A stretch of 64,000 nt of DNA from NCBI GenBank assembly GCA_951406725.2, contig OX597840.1, forward strand, positions 35,340,001 to 35,404,000, in the 5' to 3' direction. This DNA is from Octopus vulgaris (taxonomy: Eukaryota). Positions 1 to 13,480 of this stretch are shown in pieces (positions within the stretch are counted from its first letter, which is position 1; the number at the start of each line of letters is the position of its first letter). The position numbers and the translations under genes were made by a program. The notes beneath the pieces were generated by a model. That model saw nothing but the letters and a program-made list of their open reading frames with translations. It searched no databases and had not been told where the DNA came from.

Positions 1-1516
1 ATAAGTGTACCCAGTTAAGAGTCGACTCAGTCAATCATAGGTGTACCCAGTTAAGAGTCGACTCAGTCAATCATAGGTGTACCCAGTTAAGAGTCGACTC
101 AGTCAATCATAAGTGTACCTAGTTAAGAGTCGACTCAGTCAATCATAGGTGTACCCAATTAAGAGTCGACTCAGTCAATCATAGGTGTACCCAGTTAAGA
201 GTCGACTCAGTCAATCATAGGTGTACCCAGTTAAGAGTCGACTCAGTCAATCATAGGTGTACCCAGTTAAGAGTCGACTCAGTCAATCATAGGTGTACCC
301 AGTTAAGAGTCAACTCAGTCAATCATAGGTGTACCCAGTTAAGAGTCAACTCAGTCAATCATAAGTGTACCCAGTTAAAAGTCGACTCAGTCAATCATAG
401 GTGTACCCAGTTAAGAGTCGACTCAGTCAATCATAGGTGTACCCAGTTAAGAGTCGACTCAGTCAATCATAGGTGTACCCAATTAAGAGTCGACTCAGTC
501 AATCATAGGTGTACCCAGTTAAGAGTCGACTCAGTCAATCATAGGTGTACCCAGTTAACAGTCAACTCAGTCAATCATAGGTGTACCCAGTTAAGAGTCA
601 ACTCAGTCAATCATAAGTGTACCCAGTTAGGAGTCGACTCAGTCAATCATAGGTGTACCCAGTTAAGAGTCGACTCAGTCAATCATAGGTGTACCCAGTT
701 AAGAGTCGACTCAGTCAATCATAGGTGTACCCAGTTAAGAGTCGACTCAGTCAATCATAGGTGTACCCAATTAAGAGTCGACTCAGTCAATAATAGGTGT
801 ACCCAGTTAAGAGTCGACTCAGTCAATCATAAGTGTACCCAGTTAGGAGTCGACTCAGTCAATCATAGGTGTACCCAGTTAAGAGTCGACTCAGTCAATC
901 ATAGGTGTACCCAGTTAAGAGTCGACTCAGTCAATCATAGGTGTACCCAGTTAAGAGTCGACTCAGTCAATCATAGGTGTACCCAATTAAGAGTCGACTC
1001 AGTCAATCATAGGTGTACCCAGTTAAGAGTCGACTCAGTCAATCATAGGTGTACCCAGTTAAGAGTCGACTCAGTCAATCATAGGTGTACCCAGTTAAGA
1101 GTCGACTCAGTCAATCATAGGTGTACCCAGTTAAGAGTCAACTCAATCAATCATAGGTGTACCCAGTTAGTAGTCGACTCAATCAATCATAAGTGTACCC
1201 AGTTAGGAGTCGACTCAATCAACCATAGGTGTACCCAGTTAGGAGTCAACTCAGTCAATCATAGGTGTACCCAGTTAAGAGTCGACTCAGTCAATCATAG
1301 GTGTACCCAGTTAAGAGTCGACTCAGTCAATCATAGGTGTACCCAGTTAAGAGTCAACTCAATCAATCATAGGTGTACCCAGTTAGTAGTCGACTCAATC
1401 GATCATAAGTGTACCCAGTTAGGAGTCGACTCAATCAACCATAGGTGTACCCAGTTAGGAGTCAACTCAGTCAATCATAGGTGTACCCAGTTAAGAGTCG
1501 ACTCAGTCAATCATAG
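1..1516. repeat. 36-bp tandem satellite (ATAGGTGTACCCAGTTAAGAGTCGACTCAGTCAATC)n, ~42 copies, cut by window start
   Basis: Head-to-tail 36-bp units with no spacers and an internal palindrome GAGTCGACTC; units are more diverged at the right edge. Confidence 0.97.
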
Positions 1517-2001
1517 AGGCACTTAATCAGAGGATTACACAGTTATAGCAGTGTTTGACCAAAAGGAGTACTTAATCATAGAACTACTCAGAGTAGTATT
1601 CAATGACAAGAGTCACAAAAATTCAATCTTCCATCTCCAATGTGTCTTGGGAAAATTTATTCTTACCTCTGCCTTAGCGAAGGCAAGAAGGCAGGGGTAT
1701 TGTTATCTCAAGAACCGCTGGACAGATTCAGGATAATATGTTAAGAGGTTAAAAATGAAAAAGAGAGAGGTACAACTGGATGAAACAGACGAACACACAG
1801 CGAAAGCAAAACAAACACAGGCCGAAGCTAAACCAGATGGGATCTCAGAGATGTGAAAAAGATGGAAAATGCTTTGCATAACAAACGCTCTACAGGGGCC
1901 ATCAATCCTGATGTTCACACATCTGAACTTAAATAAGGACCAGAAGGCTCTGTTATAGCAGCTCAGGATCAGCGTCCGTTCACAAGAAGCTACCAAGAAG
2001 C

Positions 2002-2394
2002 TATTCTGAGCGCCTTGTTTCCCTGGGCATGGTTTCACTGAAGCTCCGGCGTTTGGCGACGGACTTGGTAAACACCCACAAAGTTACCAACCACCTCACC
2101 AACAACAACACTGAACACCTTTTTGATCTCCATGTGTCTAACACATGTGGACATGCCTACAAAGTCAGAAAACAACACAGCTCCCATGACTTTCGGAAAC
2201 ATTTTTTCACGCTCAGAGTTGCTGAAGCATGGAATAAACTGCCTGCGTCAGTTGTTGACTGCCATGACACTGCATCCTTTAAGGCCCTCATGCTTTCCGA
2301 AATCCGCCGAAACTACACCTGATTATATATACACTTTAGATGAGTTGTAGTGCACCTGAGCACTGTACACAATTATTATTATTATTATTATTAT
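2002..2394 (+). mobile_element. 5'-truncated CR1/L2-group LINE 3' end (ORF2 C-terminus, 3' UTR, (TTA)n tail)
   Basis: YSERLVSLGMVSLKLRRLATDL...FRKHFFTLRVAEAWNKLPASVV..SFK matches the CR1-group ORF2 C-terminal pattern; (TTA)n tail at 2373-2394. Confidence 0.85.
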
Positions 2395-2740
2395 AAGATA
2401 ACATTTTCCTTTTAAATGATGCAAAATGCCTTTGTGGTACATCTAGAGAAACAATTGACTGCCTCAGCTCTGGATGCTGTATGTTACCCTCCACCAAGTG
2501 TAGTAATTGCCATGACAAACTTGGATCACATGCTGTCATTTTGAACTCCTAAAATGACAGCATATGATCCGAACAGGTCTTCATGCTATTCTGCTTGGCT
2601 GGAGGGATTGGTTTGGCAGCTGGGATGAGTAGAGGTGGAGGATGTTTACTGTGAAAACTACATTTTCCCAATTCTATGTCCCACTAAAAAAAAAAAGAAA
2701 GAAATTTTGGATCCCAACGCCCAACACAATTTTCCCAGGC

Positions 2741-2781
2741 CTCACAGGTGGGGTTCATGCCCCACCTGTGAGAATCAGTGG
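2741..2781. repeat. Perfect 13-bp-stem hairpin, possibly a subterminal palindrome of a decayed hAT-type MITE
   Basis: CTCACAGGTGGGG-TTCATG-CCCCACCTGTGAG followed by AATCAGTGG. Confidence 0.45.
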
Positions 2782-3498
2782 TTTGAACCTTTTCAAAATC
2801 ACAAATATTATAACAAACTTTGAACGGAATCTTAATTCTTAGTGTTTGGTCTCCTTTCTGTGAAATATATCGTTGCTACTCATAAATAATGGCCAAAAGT
2901 ACAATGTGCGGCTTGGTCAGTCATTGAGGTCAGTTGTTGAGGCCTGGAGTTGCTCAGAGAGAAAAAAGCAACAACAAAAAAACTACAACAATAAAAACAA
3001 CAACAGAAATACAGTTTCTGGTTTTGGCACAATGCCATGATTTGTGGTTACCATATTACACAGACACACATGCACACATACATATACATACACACACATG
3101 CATACATATATATATATACACATGCACATATACACATACACACGTGTGCATTCACACACATACACATATACACACACACATGTGCATATTCACACACACA
3201 TGCATCACATATTAATGTACATACACATACAAGCATGTGTGTGCACGTATGTACACACACACAAATGTACGAATATACGCACACACACACACATACTCAC
3301 ACAAACTCACACACACACGCAAACACACGCGTGCGTGCGCGGACACACGGACACACACTCACATGCCCAGAGAGTCTCCGAGTGATAAAAGGTCAAAACT
3401 GACTCCAGCGGGAACTGAATTCACAACGGAAGGAAGCAGACAAATTCCTCACAGTATCGAGTCTGGCACTTTACCATTTCTGCTATTTCACTAATAAT

Positions 3499-3752
3499 CA
3501 TCATCATCATCATCGTTTAGCGTCCGCTTTCCATGCTAGCATGGGTTGGACGGTTCAACTGGGGTCTGGGAAGCCAGGAGGCTGCGCCAGGCTCCAGTCT
3601 GATCTGGCAGTGTTCCTACAGCTGGATGCCCTTCCTAACGCCAACCAATCCGTGATTGTAGGTAGTGCTTTTTATGTGCCACCGGCACAGGTGCCAGGCG
3701 AGGCTGGCAAAAGGTCATGATCGGATGGTGCTTTTTACGTGCCACCGGCACG
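3499..3752 (-). mobile_element. SINE family C (RTE-like 3' end, (GAT)n tail), 5'-truncated
   Basis: (ATC)n-GTTTAGCGTCCGCTTTCCATGCTAGCATGG...GGATGCCCTTCCTAACGCCAAC recurs more than 10 times in the window. Confidence 0.85.
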
Positions 3753-3799
3753 GAATAATAATAATGGTAACAACAACAACAACAATAATAGTAATGATT

Positions 3800-4375
3800 T
3801 CAAATTTTTGTCACATGGGCAGCTTGGGGGAGGGGATTAAGTCAGTTACATCGACCCCAGTGTGTAACTGGTACTTATTTAATTGACCCCAAAAGGATGA
3901 GAGGTAAAGTCAACCTCAGCAGAATTTGAACTCAGAATGTAGCAGCAGACGAAATGCCTATTTCTTTACTACCCACAAGGGGCTAAACACAGAGGGGACA
4001 AACAAAGACAGACAAACGGATTAAGTCGATTATATCGACCCCAGTGCATAACTGGTACTTATTTAATCGACCCTGAAAGGATGAAAGGCAAAGTCGACCT
4101 CGACGGAATTTGAACTCAGAACGTAGCGGCAGACGAAATGCCTATTTCTTTACCACCCACAAGGGGCTAAACACAAAGGGGACAAACAAGGACAGACAAA
4201 CGGATTAAGTCGATTATATTGACCCCAGTGCATAACTGGTACTTATTTAATCGACCCTGAAAGGATGAAAGGCAAAGTCGACCTTGGCGGAATTTGAACT
4301 CAGAATGTCGCTGCAGACGAAATACTGCTAAGCATTTCACCTGGTGTGTTAATGACTCTGCCATCTCGCCACCTT
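3800..4375 (-). mobile_element. tRNA-derived SINE family B with three tandem internal modules
   Basis: Head with A/B-box-like motifs (GAGTTCAAATTCC) at the right end; the GTCGACTTTGCCTTTCATCC...AAGTACCAG module is repeated 3x at ~180-bp period. Confidence 0.85.
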
Positions 4376-4776
4376 AATAACAATAACAATAACAATAATA
4401 ATAATAATGATAATTGATACATTTCTGACATTTTTTTAGTTAATTATTAACGAAGTTTTCTTTTGGCAAGCAAAGAAATACCATTGAATAAAAACGATAA
4501 ATAACAAGTAATATCTAAAAAGGTTTGTCAGTGTGTCTCACAGCGCCAGTGGCAAAAATGGTATTGTCCCAGAGGATGGTGAGGAAGTTGCAGTCAGGCC
4601 CTGTTGGCTCAAGCTGAAAAAAGGGAAACCTTTGGACATCTAGGCCATGCTTTATGGTCACATTGAGAGAAGCATTGTGTGAAAGGTGGCCAGAACTATA
4701 ACGCCACGACAAGGGACAGACGCTAAAAGGACCCACAAGGGATCAGCAACAGCATTTGGGAGGCTCAAAGAACTCT

Positions 4777-5168
4777 CTCTTTTACTTGTTTCAGTCATTT
4801 GACTGCGGCCATGCTGGAGCACCACCTTTAATCGAGTAACTCGACCCCGGGACTTATACTTTTGTAAGCCCAGTACTTATTCTATCGGTCTCTTTTTGCC
4901 GAACCGCTAAGTAATGGGGATATAAACACACCAGCATCGGTTGTCAAACGATGTTGGGGGGACAAACACAGACATACAAACATATATATATATACACACA
5001 TATACGACGGGCTTCTTTCAGTTTCCATTTACCAAATCCACTAACAAGGCTTTGGTTGGCTCGAGGCTATAGTAGAAGACACTTGCCCAAGGTGCCATGC
5101 AGTGGGACTGAACCCGGAACCATGTGGTTGGTAAGCAAGCAACTTACCACACAGCCACTCCTGCACCT
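4777..5168 (-). mobile_element. tRNA-derived SINE family A (CORE-like), full length
   Basis: A box TGGCTGTGTGG, B box GGTTCAGTCCC, CORE-like CCTTGGGCAAGTGTCTT, internal (TA/TG)n, (GTAAAAGA)n tail. Confidence 0.9.
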
Positions 5169-5372
5169 ACTTAAATCCATTCTTCGTTATTTTTCAAAAT
5201 TAATTGAAAAAACAAAAACAAACAAAATACAGATTATTTCAACGGAAATCTCGCAACAAAGAGGTTTAACTCTTTAATATTCGGATTACTTTAATCAAAT
5301 CTGAGGCTCGTTTATTTACATTGTCTTGGATTAATCAGGCATAATCCTATAGCTTTGAGATTTCAGTGATTC

Positions 5373-5578
5373 TACTCTTTTACTCTTTTACTTGTTTCAG
5401 TCATTTGACTGTGGCCATGCTGGAGCACCACCTTTAGTCGAGCAAATCGACCCCAAGACTTATTCTTTGTAAGCCTAGTACTTATTCTATCGGTCTCTTT
5501 TGCCAAACTGCTAAGTTACGGGGACGTAAACACACCAGCATTGGTTGTCAAGCGATGTTGGGGGGGACAAACATATAT

Positions 5579-5639
<61 letters not shown>

Positions 5640-5809
5640 TACGACAAGCTTCTTTCAGTTTCTGCCTACTAAATCGACTCACAAGGTTTGGTTGACCCGA
5701 GGCTATAGTAGAAGGCACTTACCCAAGATACCACGCAGTGGGACTGAACCCAGAACTATGTGGTTGATAAGCAAGCTACTTACCACACACCCACTCCTAC
5801 ACCTATGTA

Positions 5810-5864
<55 letters not shown>

Positions 5865-6049
5865 GACGGACTTCTTTCAGTTTCCATCTACCAAATTCAC
5901 TCACAAGGCTTTGGTTGGCCTGAGGCTATAGTAGAAGACACTTGCCCAAGGTAACACGCAGTGGGACTGAACCCGGAACCATGTGGTTGGTAAGTAAGCT
6001 ACTTACACACACCCACTCCTACGCCTATGTATATATGTGTATATATGTG

Positions 6050-6086
<37 letters not shown>

Positions 6087-6270
6087 GACAGGCTTCTTTC
6101 AGTTTCCGTCTACCAAATCCACTCACAAAGCTTTGGTCGGCCCGGGGCTATAGTAGAAGACACTTGCCCAAGGTGCCACAGAGTGGACTGAACCCGGAAC
6201 CATGTGGTTGGTAAGTAAGCTACTTACACACACCCACTCCTACGCCTATGTATATATGTGTATATATGTG

Positions 6271-6305
<35 letters not shown>

Positions 6306-6468
6306 GACAGGCTTCTTTCAGTTTCCGTCTACCAAATCCACTCACAAAGCTTTGGTCGGCCCGGGGCTATAGTAGAAGACACTTGCCCAAGGTGCCACAG
6401 AGTGGGACTGAACCCGGAACCATATGGTTGGTAAGCAAGCTACTTACCACACAGCCACTGCTGCACCT
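5373..6468 (-). mobile_element. SINE A full copy (5373-5804) plus three tandem 5'-half copies
   Basis: Head halves at ~5860-6027, 6082-6247 and 6301-6468, separated by (TA)n. Confidence 0.9.
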
Positions 6469-6829
6469 ATTGTTTATATTTACTATGAGATTGTAGAGTA
6501 GGTTTGAAATTTTGGATCTGACCACTTTGATCATAAAAGAGGCAGAATATTTTGGCCAGATGTGGCAGGATTGACCACCAAAAGGGTTACCCGTCTTATA
6601 AACATATTTCATTTTTATCAACTGTTATTTCTAGCAGCCTGTTGAATGACCAAGAGAAGGGTCATTGTCTTGGCAAAGCATCATGGGATTTTTTTTTTTC
6701 TGCAGCCTGGTGGCCATATTAACTCAGTGAATAAAATATTAGTGCCATTAGGAAAATAAACTTGTGTTCCATATAAATATAGAACCCCGTGAGTTATTTT
6801 AATATTGCCATTTGAATGTATAAATAATG

Positions 6830-7058
6830 GTCTTGAATTCTGGCATCAGACCAGAAAGTCTGGGGGGTGGGGTGAAGGGGGTTGTGGATTATATTGACTT
6901 TAGTATTTAACTCTTACTTTCTTTTATTGATTCCCGAAAGGATGGAAAGACAAAGTTGACCTCGGTGGAATTTGAACTCAGAACGTCTTTAAGACAGACG
7001 GACAAAATGCCGCTAAGAATTTTTTCTGGTCTGCTAACGGTTCTGCTGGCTTGCTGCC
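6830..7058 (-). mobile_element. SINE B, diverged
   Basis: AAAGTTGACCTCGGTGGAATTTGAACTCAGAAC motif and head remnant. Confidence 0.7.
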
Positions 7059-7525
<467 letters not shown>

Positions 7526-7914
7526 AATAATGTGGAACCTGAAGACTAAAACAATACCTGTTGTCATAGGTGCCCTGGGAATGATAGCAAAAGGGGATGA
7601 TTGCTACCTAACTCAGATACCAGGAAACCCAAAAATGGCAGAAATTCAAAAGATAGTGCTCATGGGAACTGCTCATATCCTACGCAAAATACTCTCTATG
7701 TAATCTCAAGGTTTAAGACAAACATAATTTTCGGTTTAACAAAAAAAACAAAAAAACTTTTTTTTAGACATTCATTAGTACAACACCCCCACCCCCCAAA
7801 TATATGGCACACTAGGCATAACAACAACATGAACTTCCAACCCTGTTGTCTCTTGAGGTCTCTGGGTGAGACTTGGAGCAAACTTGTACAAATATAAAGC
7901 AAAAGTCAAACATA

Positions 7915-7915
<1 letters not shown>
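7526..7915 (+). mobile_element. 5'-truncated R4/Dong-like non-LTR retroposon 3' end within (TAA)n
   Basis: MWNLKTKTIPVVIGALGMIAKG...IQKIVLMGTAHILRKILSM* is the RLE C-terminus pattern; 3' UTR is followed by (TAA)n. Confidence 0.85.
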
Positions 7916-7970
<55 letters not shown>

Positions 7971-7986
7971 GTAATAATAATAATAA

Positions 7987-8212
7987 TCCTTTCTACTGGA
8001 AGCACCAGGCCTCAAATTCAGGGGAAGGGACCAAGTCAATTAGATCGACCCCAGTGTGTAACTGGTACTTATTTCATCGCCCCCCCACCCTACTGTGAAA
8101 GGATGAATGGCAAAGTTGACCTCGGCAGAATTTGAACTCAGAATGTAAAAACAGACGAAATACCACTAAGCATTTCTCCCGGTGTGCTAACAATTCTGCC
8201 AGCTTCTTGCCT
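7987..8212 (-). mobile_element. SINE B
   Basis: Family B core and head. Confidence 0.8.
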
Positions 8213-8249
8213 AATAATAATAATAATGATAATAATAATGATAATAATA

Positions 8250-8280
<31 letters not shown>

Positions 8281-8283
8281 TAA

Positions 8284-8842
8284 CAATAAAGTTTGCTTAT
8301 TGATCGACATAATAATAATAATAATGATATAATAATAAATAATAATAATAATAATATATAATAATGATAATAATAATAATAATATAATATATAATATAAG
8401 TAATTGACTGAATCCGTGATCATAATATCTCAGCAAAAGAGTTTGACAAGCTCAGAAAATATAAAGACCTACTCATTGAAATTGAGAAAAAGTGGCATCT
8501 CAAGGCGGTTACAATACCAGTGATCGTAGGAGCACTAGGAATGATCAAGAAGGGAACCGAAAATTATATGAGAATGATCCCTGGCTTACCATCCCTGCAA
8601 GAAGTGCAAAAGATTGTCTTAACTGGTACATCACACGTATTGAGAAGAGCATTGTCGATGTGAGAACTGTTGCTGCTCATGTATTTTAATTTAACTTTAA
8701 AAAAAAAAAAAAAAAAAAATGAACGAACTACTGAGTTTGGTTTAATGGCCTACCAATGTATACTATGAGTTTCTTTGCCCTAGGAGTTGGGAAGACACTC
8801 GGCAAGAAATGGAAGCAAATTTGAAAGAAGAAGAAAAAAAAG
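8284..8842 (+). mobile_element. R4/Dong-like 3' end, second family, interrupted by TAA-like tract 8311-8405
   Basis: NKVCLLID...DHNISAKEFDKLRKYKDLLIEIEKKWHLKAVTIPVIVGALGMIKKG...VQKIVLTGTSHVLRRALSM*; ends in (TAA)n. Confidence 0.88.
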
Positions 8843-8943
8843 TAATAATAATAATAATAATAATAATGATAATAATAATGATAATAATAACAATAATAAT
8901 AATAATAATAATAATAACAACAATAAAAATAATAGTAAAAGTA

Positions 8944-8978
<35 letters not shown>

Positions 8979-8979
<1 letters not shown>

Positions 8980-9455
8980 TCTTGGTATAAAAGATGGGCC
9001 ACAGCAAATATTCTGCTCAATACCACAGATTTGCTTGTCAGTTGTTTGAACTTAACCAGTTGAGCATGTCCCTTAGTGGCTGACGATATGTGCATCTCTG
9101 ATCACAAGCAGAAGTAGTGGGGGAGCATCATAGCCATGTGTTGAGAGGGATTCTTTGGGGTTTGAATAGTTCACCTCTGGAAACATGGGTGGTTCTTTCA
9201 ACATCCTTAAACAACCCTTATTCAGGGACCGTTTGAGCAGGATGGGCTACTCAACCTGAAGAAAATTCTAACTGGGCCCCACCTGCAAGGTCATGTGCTG
9301 TTTATCTTGATATGAGATCACCATGTCACGCACATATGGTTGTGATGCATGTGCCTGGTGTACCTTTATCAGACGGGTAGTCATGATGGGTATATTGGGC
9401 TTCGTATATTTTACCCCAGTGTCACTTTGATGGCATGAACTGCTCTCTCACTCAG
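8979..9455 (+). mobile_element. ~480-bp non-coding insert bounded by (TAA)n on both sides (unclassified; strand inferred)
   Basis: Complex sequence cleanly flanked by TAA tracts, no recognisable ORF. Confidence 0.45.
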
Positions 9456-9625
9456 TAATAATAATAATAGTAATAGTAATAATAATAATAATAAAAATAA
9501 TAATAATAATGATAATAATAATAATAATAAAAATAATAATAATAATGATAATGATAATAATAATGATAATAATAATAATAATAATAATGATAATAATAAT
9601 GATAATAATAATGATAATAATAATG

Positions 9626-9661
<36 letters not shown>

Positions 9662-9696
9662 GTAATAATAATAATGATGATGATGATAATAATAAT

Positions 9697-9890
9697 GGTT
9701 TCCAATTTTGGCACAAGGCCAGTAATTTTAGGGGAGGGAATAAGCCAATTAGATCGACCCCAGTGTTCAACTTGTAATTATTTTATCGGCCCCTGGAAGG
9801 ATGAAAGGTAAAGGTGAGCAAGGTGGAATTTGAACTCAGAACATAAAGACAGACAAAATGCTGCTAACCATTTTGCCAGCTCCCCACCTT
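9697..9890 (-). mobile_element. SINE B, diverged
   Basis: Family B core motifs. Confidence 0.7.
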
Positions 9891-9893
9891 AGT

Positions 9894-10290
9894 CATCATC
9901 ATCATCGTTTAACATCCGCATTCCATGCTGGCATAGGTTGGACGATTTTGACTGATGACTGGCGAATCAGATGGCTGCACCAGGCTCCAGTCTGATCTGG
10001 CAGTGTTTCTACAGCTGGATGCCCTTCCTAATGCCAACCACTCTGAGAATGTAGTGGCTGCTTTTTACATGCCACTGGCACAGGGGCCAGAGGAGGCTGC
10101 CAATGACCATGATCGGTTAGTGCATTTTATGTGCCACTGGCACAGAAGCCAGCCATGGTGGTGCTGGCATCAGCCATGTTTGGATGGTACCTTTTAAGTG
10201 CCACCGGCACGGGGATCACAACTACAATTTCCATTTGATTTTGATGTTGATATACTTGACTCAATAGGTCTCCTCAAGCACAGCAGGTCG
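9894..10290 (-). mobile_element. SINE C, long copy
   Basis: (ATC)n tail, family C core, internal GTGCCACCGGCAC-like subrepeats. Confidence 0.8.
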
Positions 10291-10379
10291 TCCTTGGCAC
10301 AAGGCCTGGAATTTGTGTTGGTCACATCAACTCCCAGTACATGACTGGTACTTAATTTATTGACCTCGAAAGGATGAAA

Positions 10380-11280
10380 GGCATGAGTGAAAAAGGAACG
10401 AGTGACAGAGGTATGAGTGACAGAAGCATGAGTGACAATGGTACAAGTGACAGAGGCACAAGTGAAGAGGCATGAGTGGCAGAGGTACGAGTGACAGAGG
10501 CACAAGAGATAAGGGCTTTGAGAGTAGAGGTATGAGTGGTAGGAACATAGGTAATAATGGGACAGAGATAGAAAAGAAGGGAGACAAGCAGAGGAATCCT
10601 TGAGGAAATGGATGAGCAAAAGAGGAATGAGTGAAAGGGATGAGAGAAAGGTGTGCAAGACAGGTGAGAAGAGGCCAAAGGTGGAACCAGTGTACACACA
10701 CACACACACACCACTCTCAGACACACACACTATGCTACTCACACACGCACACACCACACCACACTCACACACTACGCTACTCACACACGCACACACACAC
10801 ACCACACCACACCACACACAAACACCACATTCACACACACACACCACACCATACACACACACACACACCACACACACACACACCACTCTCAGACACAGAC
10901 ACCACACCACACTCACACACACCACACTCACACACACCACACTCACACACACACCACACTCACACACACACCACACCACACACACACACACACACACCAC
11001 ACACTACATTACTCACACATGCACACACACACACCACAAAACACCACACACAAACACCACACTCACACACACATACACACACACACACCACACCACACTC
11101 ACATACACACCACACTCACTACTCACACACCACACGCATACACACACCACACGCATACACACACCACACGCATACACACACCACACGCATACACACACCA
11201 CACGCACACACACACCACACCACACCACACTCACATACACAGCACACCACACCACACCACACACGCACACACACACACCA
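10380..11280. repeat. Degenerate ~17-bp minisatellite (GAGGCATGAGTGACAGA-like) followed by CA-rich tract
   Basis: Direct reading. Confidence 0.75.
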
Positions 11281-11567
11281 AAACATACCCCTACAAGCGA
11301 AAGTATCTATTAGAAGAAGACCAAAGACACTGCAAACCCAATTCCTTTTTTCTTACCATTTTCATTTCTCCTTTCTTTTTGTCAATATGACTCGTCAACG
11401 GCCACCACTAAAATTAACGAACTTTGTACATTCAAAACAAATTGATATACAGTTTTAATATTATTGACAGCTATGAACATTTAAACTTACCCCTGCCCTT
11501 CTGATTCACAATGCTAAATTTATCTGTTTTGAACACGTTAATTTATCAGCATTGAAACATTTTAATT

Positions 11568-11779
11568 TACTCTTTTACTCTTTTACTTGTTTCAGTCATT
11601 TGACTGTGGCCATGCTGGAGCACCACCTTTAATCGAGCAGCTCGACCCCGGGACTTATTCTTTTGTAAGCCCAGTACTTATTCTATCGGTTTTGCCGAAC
11701 CGCTAAGTATCGGGGATGTAAACACACCAGCATCGGTTGTCAAGCAATGCTAGGGGGACAAACACAAACACACACACGC

Positions 11780-11810
<31 letters not shown>

Positions 11811-11975
11811 CACGATGGGCTTCTTTCAGTTTCCGTCTACCAAATCCACTCACAAGGCTTTGGTCGGCCCGAGGCTATAGTAGAAGACACTTGCCAAGGT
11901 GCCACACAGTGGGACTGAACCCTGAACCATGTGGTTGGTAAACAAGCTACTTACCACACAGCCACTTCTGCGCCT
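11568..11975 (-). mobile_element. SINE A, full length
   Basis: Family A head, core and tail. Confidence 0.9.
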
Positions 11976-12233
11976 ATTTGTCGACATTGAAACTTTTAAA
12001 GATGTTTTTCTAATCCATAACTTTAAACTTTTACCATTGATAAACAAAAAATATTGTTGAGACTAGTTCTAGTTGAACTGATCGACAAAACAGCCTGCTC
12101 GGGAAATTAGCATGCAAGTGCGATAGCATAGCCAGGTTCTAAAGTTAGGGGTAGAAAGTACGTTAATAAAAGGGCACTGCGACCCATACCAAACAATTTT
12201 AGTTCATTTCTTTTATATTATGTGAAATATTTA

Positions 12234-12336
12234 AGGAGGTGAGCTGGCAGAAACGTTAGCACGCCAGGCGAAATGCATAACCGTGTTTCGTCTGCCGTTA
12301 GGTTCTGAGTTCAAATTCTGCCGAGGTCGACTTTGC
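12234..12336 (+). mobile_element. SINE B 5' head fragment
   Basis: GGAGGTGAGCTGGCAGAAACGTTAGC...GAGTTCAAATTCTGCCGAGGTCGACTTTG. Confidence 0.8.
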
Positions 12337-12781
12337 TAACACCATACACCCCACAACATGACCAAAGAGTCTGAGCTGACACTCCTGAATCAGACAAGTA
12401 TCTGACCAAACTTAATGACCAGTGGACAAACGTAATATACTGAGAGTGAAAAGAGGAAAAAGTGACCGAGAGGCAAATCGTACGGTCACCACATTCAGGT
12501 TAAGGGGCCAAACGCTTGTGTGACACTTGAAATGTGAAGAAGGGCTTGCAAAACTCCTGAGTAACCCCTATAGTTTCTGTGAGGGATAAAGCATCTCTGA
12601 CCTTTATTTCAACCAATGATGGTAGCACTCAATATCTTTAAATAGTGGATTATATATATATATATTTAATATAGAAATCACTTACAATTTCTGAATGCAT
12701 GTGTGTGTGTGTATATATGAATGTATGTGTGTGTGAGTATATATAAATGTATGTATGTAAGTGTGTGTGTGTGTATATCTT

Positions 12782-13060
12782 CTTTTATTCTTTTACTTGT
12801 TTCAGTCATTTGACTGCAGCCATACTGGAGCACCACCTTTGGTCAAACAAACTGACCCCAGGACTTATTCTTTGTAAGCCTAGTACTTATTTTATTGGTC
12901 TCTTTTGCCGAACTGCTAAGTTGCGGGGACATAAACACACCAGCATTGGTGTGTGGTGGGGGAACTAACACAGACACAAACAAATATACACACACAGATA
13001 TATATACATACACACACACACATATATATATATATACATACATACATACACACACACACA

Positions 13061-13094
<34 letters not shown>

Positions 13095-13258
13095 ACGGGC
13101 TTCTTTTCAGTTTCCATCAACCAAATCCACTCACAAGGCTTTGGTTGGCCCGAGGTTATAGTAGAAGACACTTGCCCAAGGTGCCATGCAGCGGCACTGA
13201 ACCCGCAACCATGTGGCTGGTAAACAAGCGACTTACCACACAGCCACTCCTGCGCCTA
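12782..13258 (-). mobile_element. SINE A, full length
   Basis: Family A head, core and tail. Confidence 0.88.
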
Positions 13259-13287
13259 TCCACACAACCACTATATATATATATATA

Positions 13288-13480
13288 AAGGGAAAGTTTA
13301 CGAAAATAAACAAAAGACGAAGGCAGGTGGAGTACAAACAAACAAATGTATTAGTATAACGCTCAGGAATAGAAAAAGTGTTTTATGTTTCGAGCCTATG
13401 CTCTTTGACAGAAAGATATACAGAAAAAAACAAGGAGAGAAAAAATTGCGTGTAGTGCCTAACGATCTATCATGGCGTTC

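Noticed and set aside
1-1516. CRISPR array (36-bp palindromic repeat)
   Set aside because: Repeats are contiguous with no unique spacers, there are no cas genes, and the context is eukaryotic
4517-4760. Possible host exon or RTE relic
   Set aside because: Stops in all plus frames and only a faint YGHIER resemblance
4951-5277. Recurrent ORFs such as [30 protein letters not shown] and [23 protein letters not shown]
   Set aside because: Chance translations of SINE A and C, not a protein family
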